The notes beneath the pieces were generated by a model. The model was not told the origin of the DNA. It saw only the letters and a list, made by a program, of their open reading frames with translations, and made no database searches. The translations under genes and the position numbers were made by a program. A stretch of DNA of 42,515 nt. Origin: Bacilli bacterium. Lineage in GTDB: Bacteria; Bacillota_I; Bacilli_A; RFN20; CAG-826. The stretch covers positions 1-42,515 of the forward strand of contig JAKSVA010000003.1 in NCBI GenBank assembly GCA_024408435.1. The letters are read 5' to 3'. Of the stretch, positions 8,620-18,815 are shown piece by piece; the stretch's first letter is position 1; every line of letters begins with the position of its first letter.

Positions 8620-10017
8620 ATGAGTTTAATTTTTAAAGATAAAGGATTACGTAAACAAGTCTTCTCTTTAGCAATCCCATTTTTTCTACAAGAAGCCATT
8701 TTAGTTGTTACTAGTTTTTTAACGGCTTTAATGTTTAACCCAGGTCGCACGGATGAGGTTATTGCTGGAATGGGTGCAGCAAACAATATTTATTTCTTAT
8801 ATAACATCACCATTGGCGCCCTTGTCTTTATTGGTAACCTTTTCATTTCACAACACTATGGTAAAGAGCGCCATGATGATGTCATGAAAGATTTTTATGT
8901 TTCTTTAAAGATTGTGTCAGTTCTCGCTATTATCTTTTTTACCTTATCAATGGCAATTCCTAATCAATTAATCAAAATTTTCATTCCTGGATCAACTGAA
9001 GCAGATAAATTAGCGGTCAGTTATGGCGCAACTTATTTACGAATCTTCTCCATTTCATTCTTATTTATTGGTTATTCATTAATCTACTACTGCTTCATGA
9101 AAAATACTGGATTAGAGCGGTATGCGACTGTTAACACATTAATCACATTAATTCTATTAGCTGTCTTAAATGCTATCTTTATTTTCGGAGTTGATATGGG
9201 TTTAGAAGGTGTAGCTGCTGCTTTAGTAATTACTCGATTTGTTGAACTGATATTAAATATTGTATTTGTCCAAGTAAAAGGAAAAGATAAATTTAGATTT
9301 AAAGACTTTACTGAACGTAATCCAGAATTATTTAAAGCGTTCTTTAAAAGAGGCGGACCATTAACCTTAGCGAAATTAAGCTGGGGCACTGGTTTCTTAA
9401 TGATCTCAGTTATTTTAGGTCAATTATCAAAAGGTATGGGTGATGATGGGATTAAGATGCTAGCCGCAAATACTCTTCTATCAAATGCCATTAATATCGT
9501 TATGAGTGTTCCGAACTGCGTAGCACCAACAGTGAGTGTTATTGTTGGTCGTCAATTAGGCGCAAATAAACTAGAGGAGGCAAAAGATTCCGCTAAACAA
9601 ATTTTGCGTTTCACTGCCGCTTTAACAGTTTTCGCCGTTTGTGGAATTATTCTTTCTTATCCAATTATTTTTTACACTCATTCTAACGTTAGTGGTGATA
9701 ACACAGTCGCTAACTATCTTTTATATTTCACCATTATCGTAGCGTGTATTACTATTCCCCGTGGGTTTAATGGACCAGTCGCAAACGGAATTCTCACTGT
9801 TGGTGGTGATAACTTATACGTCAGTATTCTTGATGGTGTTGTGTGGATGATTCCCGCTATGCTTGGTTTTATTGGTGTGAAATGCGGATGGCACCCAATC
9901 GCCGTCTTTGTGTGTCTACAACTTGAAGAAGTCATTAAATGTCCAATTAATTTATTGCGCTACAGAACTAATAAATGGGTGAAAAATATTACTACCCCAA
10001 TTAAAGTAGTTGATTGA
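8620..10017 (+). CDS. MATE family efflux transporter
   Basis: About 12 TM segments; LAIP, ISQHYG, GLEGVAAALVITR, VGRQLGA motifs; ATG at 8620. Confidence 0.92.
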   Translation: MSLIFKDKGLRKQVFSLAIPFFLQEAILVVTSFLTALMFNPGRTDEVIAGMGAANNIYFLYNITIGALVFIGNLFISQHYGKERHDDVMKDFYVSLKIVSVLAIIFFTLSMAIPNQLIKIFIPGSTEADKLAVSYGATYLRIFSISFLFIGYSLIYYCFMKNTGLERYATVNTLITLILLAVLNAIFIFGVDMGLEGVAAALVITRFVELILNIVFVQVKGKDKFRFKDFTERNPELFKAFFKRGGPLTLAKLSWGTGFLMISVILGQLSKGMGDDGIKMLAANTLLSNAINIVMSVPNCVAPTVSVIVGRQLGANKLEEAKDSAKQILRFTAALTVFAVCGIILSYPIIFYTHSNVSGDNTVANYLLYFTIIVACITIPRGFNGPVANGILTVGGDNLYVSILDGVVWMIPAMLGFIGVKCGWHPIAVFVCLQLEEVIKCPINLLRYRTNKWVKNITTPIKVVD

Positions 10018-11217
10018 TTATTCTAAATCGAATTGTACAACTCGAGCGTATTGACTGATACCATATTTAAACGATTCAACCGTAAATTGATTATTAATAA
10101 TTTTTACCCGATGCGCATTATCTAAATATTTGGCGTGTTTTACTTTTTTCTCACTATTAATGGCAACCGTTCTTTCCGCTACACTTTTTGCCACGCTTTC
10201 ATTTGCTTGCATTGGGACATCGCGAATAATCGCGTAATAATGATTCTCATCTTTTACAATTGTTGCGTTAATTGCAGTAACATCACACGGTCGAACGTGA
10301 TAAATAAAATTTTTATTCCTTTTAATCCAATCGCCGATTGCTAATAAGAATTGTTTTTCTACTGGTGGGATTGTTCCATTGCCTTTAGGCCCAACGTTAA
10401 GTAAAAAGTTACAATTACATTCGCGACAAATTAATAAGGTATCTAACAAACGACTAACTGATTTATAGGTATAATCTTTTTTTGTATAGCCCCAGTGATC
10501 GTTAATGCTTTCGCACATCTCTCCGGCCCGGGGGCGATCTGAGTTATCCACGATATTTGGTTTGCCCCGTTCAAAAGTTACACTATCGACTAAGGTATGA
10601 GAAACCTTTCCTTGTGCGTCTAGTCCAGTGTTATTAACAATCATTGCTTCTGGCTGATATTTTTTAATCATTTGATAAAGACGATCAAATTTCCAATCCG
10701 CTGATGGTTTATTCCAATAGCCATCAAACCAAAGACCACCAATCTTGCCATACTTTGTACATAAGATTTCAACACTCTTATATAAGTAATCTAGGTAACA
10801 ATTAAAGTCGCGTTCATAATTTGGTTGATACCAATCAAGTAAAGTGTGATAGAAAAATGGAACAATTCCACCTTCATTGCAGGCATCGACAAACTCTTTA
10901 ATAAGATCACGATGTGAGGCACTATGTGGTGCATCATAATCATTTAGCCCACATGTATCATAAAGAGAAAAACCATCATGATGACGGGTGGTAAGACAAA
11001 TATATTTTGCTCCAGCTTTTTTAGCAATGGCGACTAATTGTTTTGCCCAATTTGGATGAACAATAAATTTTTTCGGAAGTTGACAATAATCTTTTTCATT
11101 TGATTTTGGGTTAGCGAAAAAATACCATTCGCCTTTGCCAACAATACTATATAAACCAAAATGAATGAATAGGCCAAATCCTAAATCCTGGAAACGTTTA
11201 ATGTAACTATAATCCAT
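10018..11217 (-). CDS. Alpha-L-fucosidase, GH29 (no signal peptide)
   Basis: FGLFIHFGLYS, LTTRHHDGF, LWFDG nucleophile motif, LLNVGP. Confidence 0.93.
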   Translation of the reverse strand: MDYSYIKRFQDLGFGLFIHFGLYSIVGKGEWYFFANPKSNEKDYCQLPKKFIVHPNWAKQLVAIAKKAGAKYICLTTRHHDGFSLYDTCGLNDYDAPHSASHRDLIKEFVDACNEGGIVPFFYHTLLDWYQPNYERDFNCYLDYLYKSVEILCTKYGKIGGLWFDGYWNKPSADWKFDRLYQMIKKYQPEAMIVNNTGLDAQGKVSHTLVDSVTFERGKPNIVDNSDRPRAGEMCESINDHWGYTKKDYTYKSVSRLLDTLLICRECNCNFLLNVGPKGNGTIPPVEKQFLLAIGDWIKRNKNFIYHVRPCDVTAINATIVKDENHYYAIIRDVPMQANESVAKSVAERTVAINSEKKVKHAKYLDNAHRVKIINNQFTVESFKYGISQYARVVQFDLE

Positions 11218-11243
11218 AAAATACCTCTTTTTTAATTATAAAT

Positions 11244-11271
11244 TAAAAGCACCCCTTTTGGAGTGCTTTTA
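11244..11271 (-). terminator. Intrinsic terminator after rpsI
   Basis: Minus strand TAAAAGCACTCC-AAAA-GGGGTGCTTTTA. Confidence 0.8.
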
Positions 11272-11285
11272 GATTCAATACAAGA

Positions 11286-11672
11286 TTAACGCTTACTGAA
11301 TTGCGGTGCACGACGAGCGCCTTTAAGACCGTATTTCTTACGCTCCTTCGCTCTTGAGTCACGAGTAAGTAAACCAGCATCCTTTAAAGTTTGCCGATCA
11401 GCTCCACTATTAAGAAGAGCCCGTGCGATACCTAAACGAATTGCACCAGCTTGACCAGTAAAACCACCACCATAAACATTAACTGATACATCATACTTTT
11501 CAGCGTTACCAGTAATGGTTAATGGTTGTTTTAAATCAATAACAAGTGTTTCATAAGGCATGTACTTATTAACATCTTTACCATTAATTGTAATTTTGCC
11601 TTTACCCTTTTTAAGAGTAACACGCGCAATGCTGGACTTTCTTCTTCCAGTACCTAAAAATTGTTCTGCCAT
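11286..11672 (-). CDS. rpsI: 30S ribosomal protein S9
   Basis: [12 protein letters not shown]...[19 protein letters not shown]. Confidence 0.99.
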   Translation of the reverse strand: MAEQFLGTGRRKSSIARVTLKKGKGKITINGKDVNKYMPYETLVIDLKQPLTITGNAEKYDVSVNVYGGGFTGQAGAIRLGIARALLNSGADRQTLKDAGLLTRDSRAKERKKYGLKGARRAPQFSKR

Positions 11673-12124
11673 TATTTCTTGCCTCCGTATTTCACTTCGT
11701 ATTTAATTGGCTTTTGGGCTTCCTTATCGTGTTTTTCTTCGGCAAAGACAAAAAGCTTTTTAATCATTTGGCGACCAAGTGGTCCTTTGGGAATCATTCC
11801 CCAAACTGCTCTTTGCATCATTTCTTCCGGATAACGGTCAAGCATATCACCTGCAGTTCTTGTTCTTAAACCACCAGCGAAACCAGAAACATTGTAATAT
11901 TTCTTATTTTGTTTCTTGTTACCACTTAAGGAAACATGCTTTGCATTCACCACCACTACATAATCCCCACAATCAGTGTTTGGGGTGTAGGTTGGCTTAT
12001 TCTTGCCCATCAATAAAATAGCGATTTCACTCGCAAGACGACCAAGTGGTTGGTTCATCGCATCGACGAGATACCAAGTCCGCTTAATGTTTGTATTTTT
12101 GGCTATCGTTGTTTGACGTTGCAT
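11672..12124 (-). CDS. rplM: 50S ribosomal protein L13
   Basis: WYLVDA..LGRLAS...[22 protein letters not shown]. Confidence 0.99.
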   Translation of the reverse strand: MQRQTTIAKNTNIKRTWYLVDAMNQPLGRLASEIAILLMGKNKPTYTPNTDCGDYVVVVNAKHVSLSGNKKQNKKYYNVSGFAGGLRTRTAGDMLDRYPEEMMQRAVWGMIPKGPLGRQMIKKLFVFAEEKHDKEAQKPIKYEVKYGGKK

Positions 12125-12129
12125 AATTA

Positions 12130-12195
12130 AACTCCTTTACTAACGTAATTTATTCTTACCGGGACTAAATTATTGTGTAGTAATTTTAAGCCGTG
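12130..12195 (-). promoter_or_regulatory. rplM 5' leader, probable L13 leader autoregulatory RNA
   Basis: About 70-nt leader containing TAGTCCCGGTAAG, resembling the CCCGG core of Bacillota L13 leaders (from recall, not a model search). Confidence 0.5.
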
Positions 12196-12201
12196 CTTAT
12201 T

Positions 12202-12230
12202 ATCTTAGGTATTTTATAAAACTGTGTCAA
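12202..12230 (-). promoter_or_regulatory. Sigma-A promoter of rplM-rpsI
   Basis: TTGACA-17 nt-TAAGAT on the minus strand. Confidence 0.8.
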
Positions 12231-12237
12231 GTTTAAG

Positions 12238-12384
12238 TTATTTTAAAACGGTTGAAAGAACAATTGTTAACACAATTATAATTACTAATAAACTCAGACA
12301 AAAAATGAGTAATCCTTTGTTAACAGAAAATGATGCGCCATCATCTTCAGGTTTGATTTTCTCTTTCTCTTTTTTCTTAAACAT
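12238..12384 (-). CDS. Small single-pass membrane protein (48 aa, not in ORF track)
   Basis: MFKKKEKEKIKPEDDGASFSVNKGLLIFCLSLLVIIIVLTIVLSTVLK; TAATG stop/start overlap with the upstream gene; C-terminal TM helix. Confidence 0.75.
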   Translation of the reverse strand: MFKKKEKEKIKPEDDGASFSVNKGLLIFCLSLLVIIIVLTIVLSTVLK

Positions 12385-13154
12385 TATTCTCTCACCTTAA
12401 TAATTTTAACTGATAATAAACATAAATAACTAACAATAATAGTATTTAAAGGAATATAGATAAACGCTAAGAACAGGCTGGGGAAGAAGATGACAGAGAA
12501 ATCAGGAACTTCCATAATCCACATCTTAGCGAAGATGTTAATAAATAAAGTAAACACTACTTCAATAATTACGACAATAAATGAAATTTGATAAGGTGAT
12601 GGCAACTTAGGATATATCTCGCGTTTCTTTTTAAATCTCTGATTAAGAAAATAAGTAAATAAGGCAAGTAACCCCAATATAATAAAAGCAATAATTGGTG
12701 CTACAATTCTCCCTATAAGATTAATTTTAAACTCATGCTCAAAAAGCGTGACGCTTTCTGATATCGACATATAAACTGTTAGTGAAACAAAAATAACTAA
12801 TAATAAAGAGAAAAATAAAACGGAATAGATTTTGTTTTTATTTTTAAAATGACGGAAAAGTAACATGATAAATCCTGGGGTAGCGCCCATTAAACCATAA
12901 GAAAGTGTCATAAATGGATTAATGGTTAAACCCATATATGGTACAAGAAGCGCGCCAACTAAATCACCACCAGCGCCAACTAACGCCCCGCTAATTGGAC
13001 CTAATAAAATAGAAGAAAAGATTAAAATAGCAATGCCAGCGCTTAAGCGAACATAATTAGTGACAGGAACCATGATAAAGCGAGTTGCAATTACATAAAG
13101 AGCAAACATCATTGCCGTAAAGGTCATTCGCTGAAGAACACTATACTTAAACAT
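12384..13154 (-). CDS. ECF transporter S component, folate (FolT-like) family
   Basis: AMMFALYVIATRF...LLGPISGALVGAGGDLVG...NPFMTLSYGLMG; extended hydrophobic C-terminus. Confidence 0.85.
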   Translation of the reverse strand: MFKYSVLQRMTFTAMMFALYVIATRFIMVPVTNYVRLSAGIAILIFSSILLGPISGALVGAGGDLVGALLVPYMGLTINPFMTLSYGLMGATPGFIMLLFRHFKNKNKIYSVLFFSLLLVIFVSLTVYMSISESVTLFEHEFKINLIGRIVAPIIAFIILGLLALFTYFLNQRFKKKREIYPKLPSPYQISFIVVIIEVVFTLFINIFAKMWIMEVPDFSVIFFPSLFLAFIYIPLNTIIVSYLCLLSVKIIKVRE

Positions 13155-13156
13155 GT

Positions 13157-13633
13157 TTAATAAATTGCCTTCCCTTTATTTTTGATTACTTTTCGTATTT
13201 CACGTTGTTGATCTTTCTTCTTAATTGATTCACGCTTATCGAATAATTTCTTTGGTTTACCCAAAGCAACCTCTAATTTAACACGCCCTTTTTTAAAATA
13301 CGCTTTTGTTGGGATTAAAACTTGACCTTTCGTGTTAACTGCAATTTGGTAACGGATAATTTCTTTTTTATGCATAAGTAGTTTCCGCGTTCTTAATGGA
13401 TCATGATTAAAAATGTTGCCTTTTTCGTAAGGGGCGATATGCATATTGATGATAAAAGCTTCATCTTTTTTGAAAACAACATAAGCATCTTGTAATGTGA
13501 CACCATGTAATCGCAGTGATTTGATTTCCGTTCCCTTTAATTCAATGCCACATTCTAAAAAATCACTCAATAAATAATTGAAATGCGCTTTGCGATTACT
13601 AGCAATAATATGAGCACTACTGTTTGCCTTCAT
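13157..13633 (-). CDS. smpB: SsrA-binding protein SmpB (probable start MKANSS at 13633)
   Basis: NRKAHFNY...ECGIELKGTEIKSLR...NHDPLRTRKLLMHK...DKRESIK. Confidence 0.97.
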   Translation of the reverse strand: MKANSSAHIIASNRKAHFNYLLSDFLECGIELKGTEIKSLRLHGVTLQDAYVVFKKDEAFIINMHIAPYEKGNIFNHDPLRTRKLLMHKKEIIRYQIAVNTKGQVLIPTKAYFKKGRVKLEVALGKPKKLFDKRESIKKKDQQREIRKVIKNKGKAIY

Positions 13634-16310
13634 GTTTATCTTCTTTCTTTTTTCTAACATAAGTAGTTGGCTCGCGGTTGGTAATTTGGTTAAAATGTGT
13701 ATTCGCAGAAACTGTCATCATAAAAGTAGTGCTTTGAATGATGACTCTATCGGTTGCGCTTCTAAAGAAGCGACCAGTCGCAAGTAACGCAGCTTTCGTA
13801 TATTTAAAGACATAACGATCCTTAAGAACAAGAAGCATTAAACAATAAATGCCTACTCCAGATGGAATGATAATGATTAAATCAAGAATATTATTTGTTC
13901 GAGAATTTTTTAAAATGAAGAAATAGAAGCATATCAAACAACCGCACATCACTAACCCAGCAACTAGATATTTCCAAACATTAATCAAAATATAACGAAG
14001 AGAAAAATCATTACGAACAGAACCATATTGAATTAAAACAATAAATAATTCAGAAATCAATGTTCCCACCACCGCACCCATCGCGCCCATAAAAGGAATC
14101 AAAAGACAATTGAATCCTAAATTAATCGCAAAACCAACACCAACCGAAATTGCGTATTTTTTATCTTGTTTCGTTGGAAGAAGATATTGAGCGCCAAGGA
14201 TGTTACTACAACCAGATATTAAAATAACAGGTGCATATGCCATTAATAGTGGTGCCACGCCATCATAATTATCACCAAAATAAAGAGGGACAAAGCTTTG
14301 CGCAACCACAATTGTTCCTAAGGCAATTGGAATGCCAAAAGCAAAGACAAAGCGGAAGGAACGATAAATATTTTTCTTAACTTCACTAATGTGATTGTTT
14401 TTATATTCAATTGAATTACGTGTTGTCATTACCGCACCAAACGCCAATAAAATAGATAACAAAGCTTTAACAATTTTTTCTGCTTGAAAATAATAACCGT
14501 TTTGTACGTCAGCACATCTAACGACTACCGTAATATAACCACGTCTAAACCATTGTTCGCCTTGTACTAGAATACCGATTAATGTTTTATCGAGTAACGC
14601 ATAAATCGAAACCGCCGCTACTGGTAAAAATAGCATTAAAGCACCAACCATATGCTTTTTTAAATTTAACCCGTTTAATTTAACTTTTTTGATATTTTCG
14701 GGAAGCATAACCCACATTGATAAATAACCAACAATAACCATCAATGAATATAACAAAGCGTATAGTGGTAAATCACTTGTCGAACGAATGAACATAAAGA
14801 TACAAAATAGATAAACTAAGCGAATAAATAAATTAATTACCATGACGATAAAGAAATCTTCTTTACCATGGAAATAGAAATTAATATCGAAAGCAGTTGC
14901 TCCGACAAGAATCGAGAACACTAAGACTAATGAAGAATATTCGCCAAAGACATTAACAGCATATAATACAAACAAAATTCCTAAACTAAGGACAACAGTA
15001 ATTAGTCGCAAAATAACGATTTGCCAAAAACGTCGGCTTTGTTCTTCTTTATCATTTTGCACTTCAGCGATTGACCGTTGCGCATATTGTTGAAACCCTA
15101 GATAACTAAAAATAACAAAATAACATACTAGCGTATAAGCAAAAGAGAAACGACCAATGTTATCTGCTCCTAAAACACGAGCCACATATGGCGCTGTAAT
15201 TAAAGGTGTTAAGACCACTAGTGCTTGGTAGACAATGCTAAAAATAAAGTTCTTGGTTGTCTTGTTATCCTTATGCTCAGTTGTAAAAGAGTTTTCAATT
15301 TTAGCAGTCAATGTTTTCATTTGGTGAGTCTTGTTAAAATCATCAGGAATCTTAATTGGCAAAAAATGATCTTGGTTTAAAATATTTGCTAATTGATTCA
15401 CATCATTAGGATTGAAAAAATGAATATTAAAATCAGCAAAATTTTCTTTGAACGCTGGAATATCAGAAGCAATTACTGGCGTTCCATAATAAGCGGACTC
15501 AAGAATTGAAGAACCAAATCCTTCATATGTGGATGGATTAACTAACGCAACGGCTTCACTAATTTCTTTCGCGTGTTCTTGAGCGGATAAATTTTGCTTA
15601 ATAACAATATTTGGGTTCTTGGCTAATTGTTTTAAAATTCTTTGATCACGAAAATGCAGATTCTTTTTTTGAACAAGAATGTGAAGAGGATATTGCCAAT
15701 TAATTTGTTCACACGCTTTAATTAACGTTTTAAGATTCTTATGCGGTTTACTGCTTCCCACATACACTAAATAATTTTGCCGTTTAATTTCCATCGGAGA
15801 TAAACGCGATGCTTTAACACTTTCAGATAAGCCTTGATTTAAAACAATAATTTCCTTACCAGTACCAAAATAATTTTCGATTCTTTCCTTTGAAAAATGC
15901 GAAACAGTAAATATTTTAGTAGCAATTCGGTAACTTCTTTTGAAAATAAATCTTTTAAAAAAATCAAGTAGCCACCGATGATTAACTCGTTTCTTATCAA
16001 CACAAGACATATCATGAAAAACGCAGTATGAATTAATTTTGATGGCCCGCGGAATCACATAACCAGGTGTGAAATAACCATCATAGGTATTAATTAAATT
16101 TGCTAATTCTCGATCAATAAAACCAAAGAACGAATTTTGTTTAGTGGTGTTATGAATAATTTTGCATGGTAAATTAAGCGTCTTTAAAATCTTTTCATCC
16201 CCAATTAAAGTGTATTCATTTTTTTGGTAATCAAGATTATTTAGGATGCCTAAAAGAAGGGTTCCAGGTGCCCCTTGATTAAACGAACGAGCATCAATAA
16301 TAATTCGCAT
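13617..16310 (-). CDS. Fusion of a GT4 glycosyltransferase (N-terminal ~345 aa) and a Wzx/RfbX-type flippase
   Basis: GT-B motifs FHD, TVSHFSK, YVGSSKPHKN, PSTYEGFGSSILES, IASDIPAFKE; then KNFIFSIVYQALVVLTPLITAPYVARVLG and many TMs. Confidence 0.9.
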   Translation of the reverse strand: MRIIIDARSFNQGAPGTLLLGILNNLDYQKNEYTLIGDEKILKTLNLPCKIIHNTTKQNSFFGFIDRELANLINTYDGYFTPGYVIPRAIKINSYCVFHDMSCVDKKRVNHRWLLDFFKRFIFKRSYRIATKIFTVSHFSKERIENYFGTGKEIIVLNQGLSESVKASRLSPMEIKRQNYLVYVGSSKPHKNLKTLIKACEQINWQYPLHILVQKKNLHFRDQRILKQLAKNPNIVIKQNLSAQEHAKEISEAVALVNPSTYEGFGSSILESAYYGTPVIASDIPAFKENFADFNIHFFNPNDVNQLANILNQDHFLPIKIPDDFNKTHQMKTLTAKIENSFTTEHKDNKTTKNFIFSIVYQALVVLTPLITAPYVARVLGADNIGRFSFAYTLVCYFVIFSYLGFQQYAQRSIAEVQNDKEEQSRRFWQIVILRLITVVLSLGILFVLYAVNVFGEYSSLVLVFSILVGATAFDINFYFHGKEDFFIVMVINLFIRLVYLFCIFMFIRSTSDLPLYALLYSLMVIVGYLSMWVMLPENIKKVKLNGLNLKKHMVGALMLFLPVAAVSIYALLDKTLIGILVQGEQWFRRGYITVVVRCADVQNGYYFQAEKIVKALLSILLAFGAVMTTRNSIEYKNNHISEVKKNIYRSFRFVFAFGIPIALGTIVVAQSFVPLYFGDNYDGVAPLLMAYAPVILISGCSNILGAQYLLPTKQDKKYAISVGVGFAINLGFNCLLIPFMGAMGAVVGTLISELFIVLIQYGSVRNDFSLRYILINVWKYLVAGLVMCGCLICFYFFILKNSRTNNILDLIIIIPSGVGIYCLMLLVLKDRYVFKYTKAALLATGRFFRSATDRVIIQSTTFMMTVSANTHFNQITNREPTTYVRKKKEDKHEGKQ

Positions 16311-16353
16311 ACTCTTGAATTAATTCTATATGAATTAACAGCAATAGTATAAT

Positions 16354-17379
16354 TTATTTCTTGGCTTTTTGGTATCCAGTCGGATTTTTCTTTTGCCAAT
16401 TGTAAGAGTCGCGACACATATCAACAATTGAGTGCGTCGCTTTCCAGTTTAATTCTTTATAAGCTTTACTAGCATTAGCATAGTTTTTAACAACATCACC
16501 TGGACGACGAGGACCATAGACAAATTTAATTTTCAATTTGTTAGCGCGATTAAACGCTTTAACAAGTTCAAGAACACTCGTGCCTTTACCAGTTCCTAAA
16601 TTATAAATCTTTAATCCCCACTTCTTCTTAATTGCCTTTAAAGCCGCTAAATGGCCCATCGCTAAATCAACAACGTGAATATAATCGCGAATACAAGTTC
16701 CATCTTTAGTCGGATAGTTATTACCAAAGATAGTTAATTCCTTTCGACGGCCGACCGCAACTTGAGTAATATAGGGCATTAAATTATTAGGAATTCCGTT
16801 TGGGTCTTCACCAATTAGCCCGCTTTCATGCGCACCAACTGGATTAAAATAACGAAGTAAAACAACATTCATTTTTTTATCTTCCTTCGCAACTTTCATT
16901 AATATTTTTTCAATTTCAATTTTCGTTTGTCCATATGGATTAGCGGCTTTACCAACAGGATCAGTTTCGCGTAAAGGAACGTGTTTAGGAACGCCATAAA
17001 CAGTTGCACTACTTGAGAAAATAATATTCCGCACTTTGTGCTTTTTCATTACTTTGAGTAATACCTTACTTGAACCAATATTATTGTCATAATATAACTT
17101 TGGTTTTTTTACTGATTCACCTACTGATTTTAAACCAGCAAAGTGAATGACAACATCAAATTTTTCTTTTTGGAAACATTTGTCTAATTTCTTTTCATCT
17201 CTTAAATCAATTTCGTAAAATTTTGGTTTAACTTTTACGATTTTTTTGATGCGATTTAATACTTCGGGATTGGAGTTCACTAAATTATCAACAATCACAG
17301 GCTCGTGACCTTTTTTAATTAATTCAATGACAGTATGTGAGCCAATATAGCCCATTCCACCAGTAACACAAATTTTCAT
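16354..17379 (-). CDS. galE: UDP-glucose 4-epimerase
   Basis: GGMGYIGSH, HFAGLKSVGES, FSSSATVYG, YGQTK, LRYFNPVGAH. Confidence 0.98.
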   Translation of the reverse strand: MKICVTGGMGYIGSHTVIELIKKGHEPVIVDNLVNSNPEVLNRIKKIVKVKPKFYEIDLRDEKKLDKCFQKEKFDVVIHFAGLKSVGESVKKPKLYYDNNIGSSKVLLKVMKKHKVRNIIFSSSATVYGVPKHVPLRETDPVGKAANPYGQTKIEIEKILMKVAKEDKKMNVVLLRYFNPVGAHESGLIGEDPNGIPNNLMPYITQVAVGRRKELTIFGNNYPTKDGTCIRDYIHVVDLAMGHLAALKAIKKKWGLKIYNLGTGKGTSVLELVKAFNRANKLKIKFVYGPRRPGDVVKNYANASKAYKELNWKATHSIVDMCRDSYNWQKKNPTGYQKAKK

Positions 17380-17380
17380 A

Positions 17381-18814
17381 TTATTTTCTCCTTTTTAATT
17401 CTTCTATCATTATTTTACTAGTAATAGATGGATTAATCTTTCCTCCGCTCTTTTTCATTGCTTGTCCAATTAAGAAACCGAGTGCGCGATCTTTCCCAGC
17501 GTGATAATCCTTAATTGATTGTTCATTATTATCTAATATTTCATTTACTAACGCACGAATAACTTTATCATCTGATTCTTGATTAGTAATATTTAAAGCA
17601 CTCTTTGCCGTTTTTATATCAACATTCTTTTCTAACATATAGTTAAAGATTTCGCGACCAATTTTATTTGATATTTTACCTGTTTCAATTTCATCAATTA
17701 AACTAACCAAAACCTTTGGTTTAATGTTAAATTTATCGATTGTAATTGCATTTTTATTTAAGAAAGCTGAAATATCTACAATAATCCAATTAGCAATGGC
17801 TTTATAGTGTTTAGAAAATTTACTACATTCATCAAAATAACGAGCGACCGCTAAGTTAGATAATAAAATGCTTGTATCATAATCATTGAGTTTATATTCT
17901 TGGAGATAACGCTTGCGTTTGTCGCTGGCTAATTCGTTACTACTTTCAATCGCGTGATTGATAAAATCCTGACTTAATTTAATAATTGGAATATTAGCCT
18001 CGGGGAAGTACTTATAATCAACAGAATCGGTTTTTAAACGCATTGTTTGTGTGGCTTTATTTGCCTCATCATAACGTCTTGTTTCTTGAACGATTTGATG
18101 ACCTTTTAATAATTCATTTTTCTGCCGATTAATTTCGTACTCAAGTGCAATTTTAATATAATTAAAGGAGTTAATATTTTTTACTTCAACTTTCGTACCA
18201 AATTTTTTATCATCTTTCTTTTTTAATGAGATATTAACATCACAACGGAGTTGGCCTTCTTCCATCTTGCCATCACTAACTTCGAGGAAAGAAACAATTT
18301 CCCGAATCGTTTCAACATATTTAGCTGCCACATCACTTGAATGGATGCATGGTCTAGTAACTATTTCAATTAATGGGACACCCACCCGATTATAATCAAT
18401 TAAAGAATAGGATGGGAAATGCAATTGTTTCGCCGTGTCTTCTTCTAAGTGAAGCCTTTCAATTTCAACACGATTAACTTTATTGTCAATAACTATATCA
18501 AGATAACCATTTGAACCAATTGGGCGACGATTCTGAGTGATTTGGTATCCTTTCGGTAAATCACTATAGAAATAATTTTTCCGATCAAAATGTAATTCAT
18601 TATCAATCTTCATATGAAGAGCGTGCGCCACCTGAATCGCATTAATAACTGCTTGTTTATTTGGTAATGGTAATGTACCAGGAAACGCTAAATCATATGG
18701 AGAAGTTAAAGTATTAGGTTCAGCACCAAAAGCCACCGGAGAAGCAGAAAACATTTTTGACTTTGTTTTCATTTCAACATGAATTTCAAGACCAATAATT
18801 ACTTCAAAGTCCAT
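17381..18814 (-). CDS. gatB: Asp/Glu-tRNA amidotransferase subunit B
   Basis: IGLEIHVE, FDRKNYFYSDLPKGYQITQ, LRCDVNIS. Confidence 0.98.
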   Translation of the reverse strand: MDFEVIIGLEIHVEMKTKSKMFSASPVAFGAEPNTLTSPYDLAFPGTLPLPNKQAVINAIQVAHALHMKIDNELHFDRKNYFYSDLPKGYQITQNRRPIGSNGYLDIVIDNKVNRVEIERLHLEEDTAKQLHFPSYSLIDYNRVGVPLIEIVTRPCIHSSDVAAKYVETIREIVSFLEVSDGKMEEGQLRCDVNISLKKKDDKKFGTKVEVKNINSFNYIKIALEYEINRQKNELLKGHQIVQETRRYDEANKATQTMRLKTDSVDYKYFPEANIPIIKLSQDFINHAIESSNELASDKRKRYLQEYKLNDYDTSILLSNLAVARYFDECSKFSKHYKAIANWIIVDISAFLNKNAITIDKFNIKPKVLVSLIDEIETGKISNKIGREIFNYMLEKNVDIKTAKSALNITNQESDDKVIRALVNEILDNNEQSIKDYHAGKDRALGFLIGQAMKKSGGKINPSITSKIMIEELKRRK

Positions 18815-18815
18815 A

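Noticed and set aside
13154-13260. THF riboswitch before the FolT-like gene, or tmRNA beside smpB
   Set aside because: Only 2 nt separate smpB and the S component; no room or recognisable RNA motif
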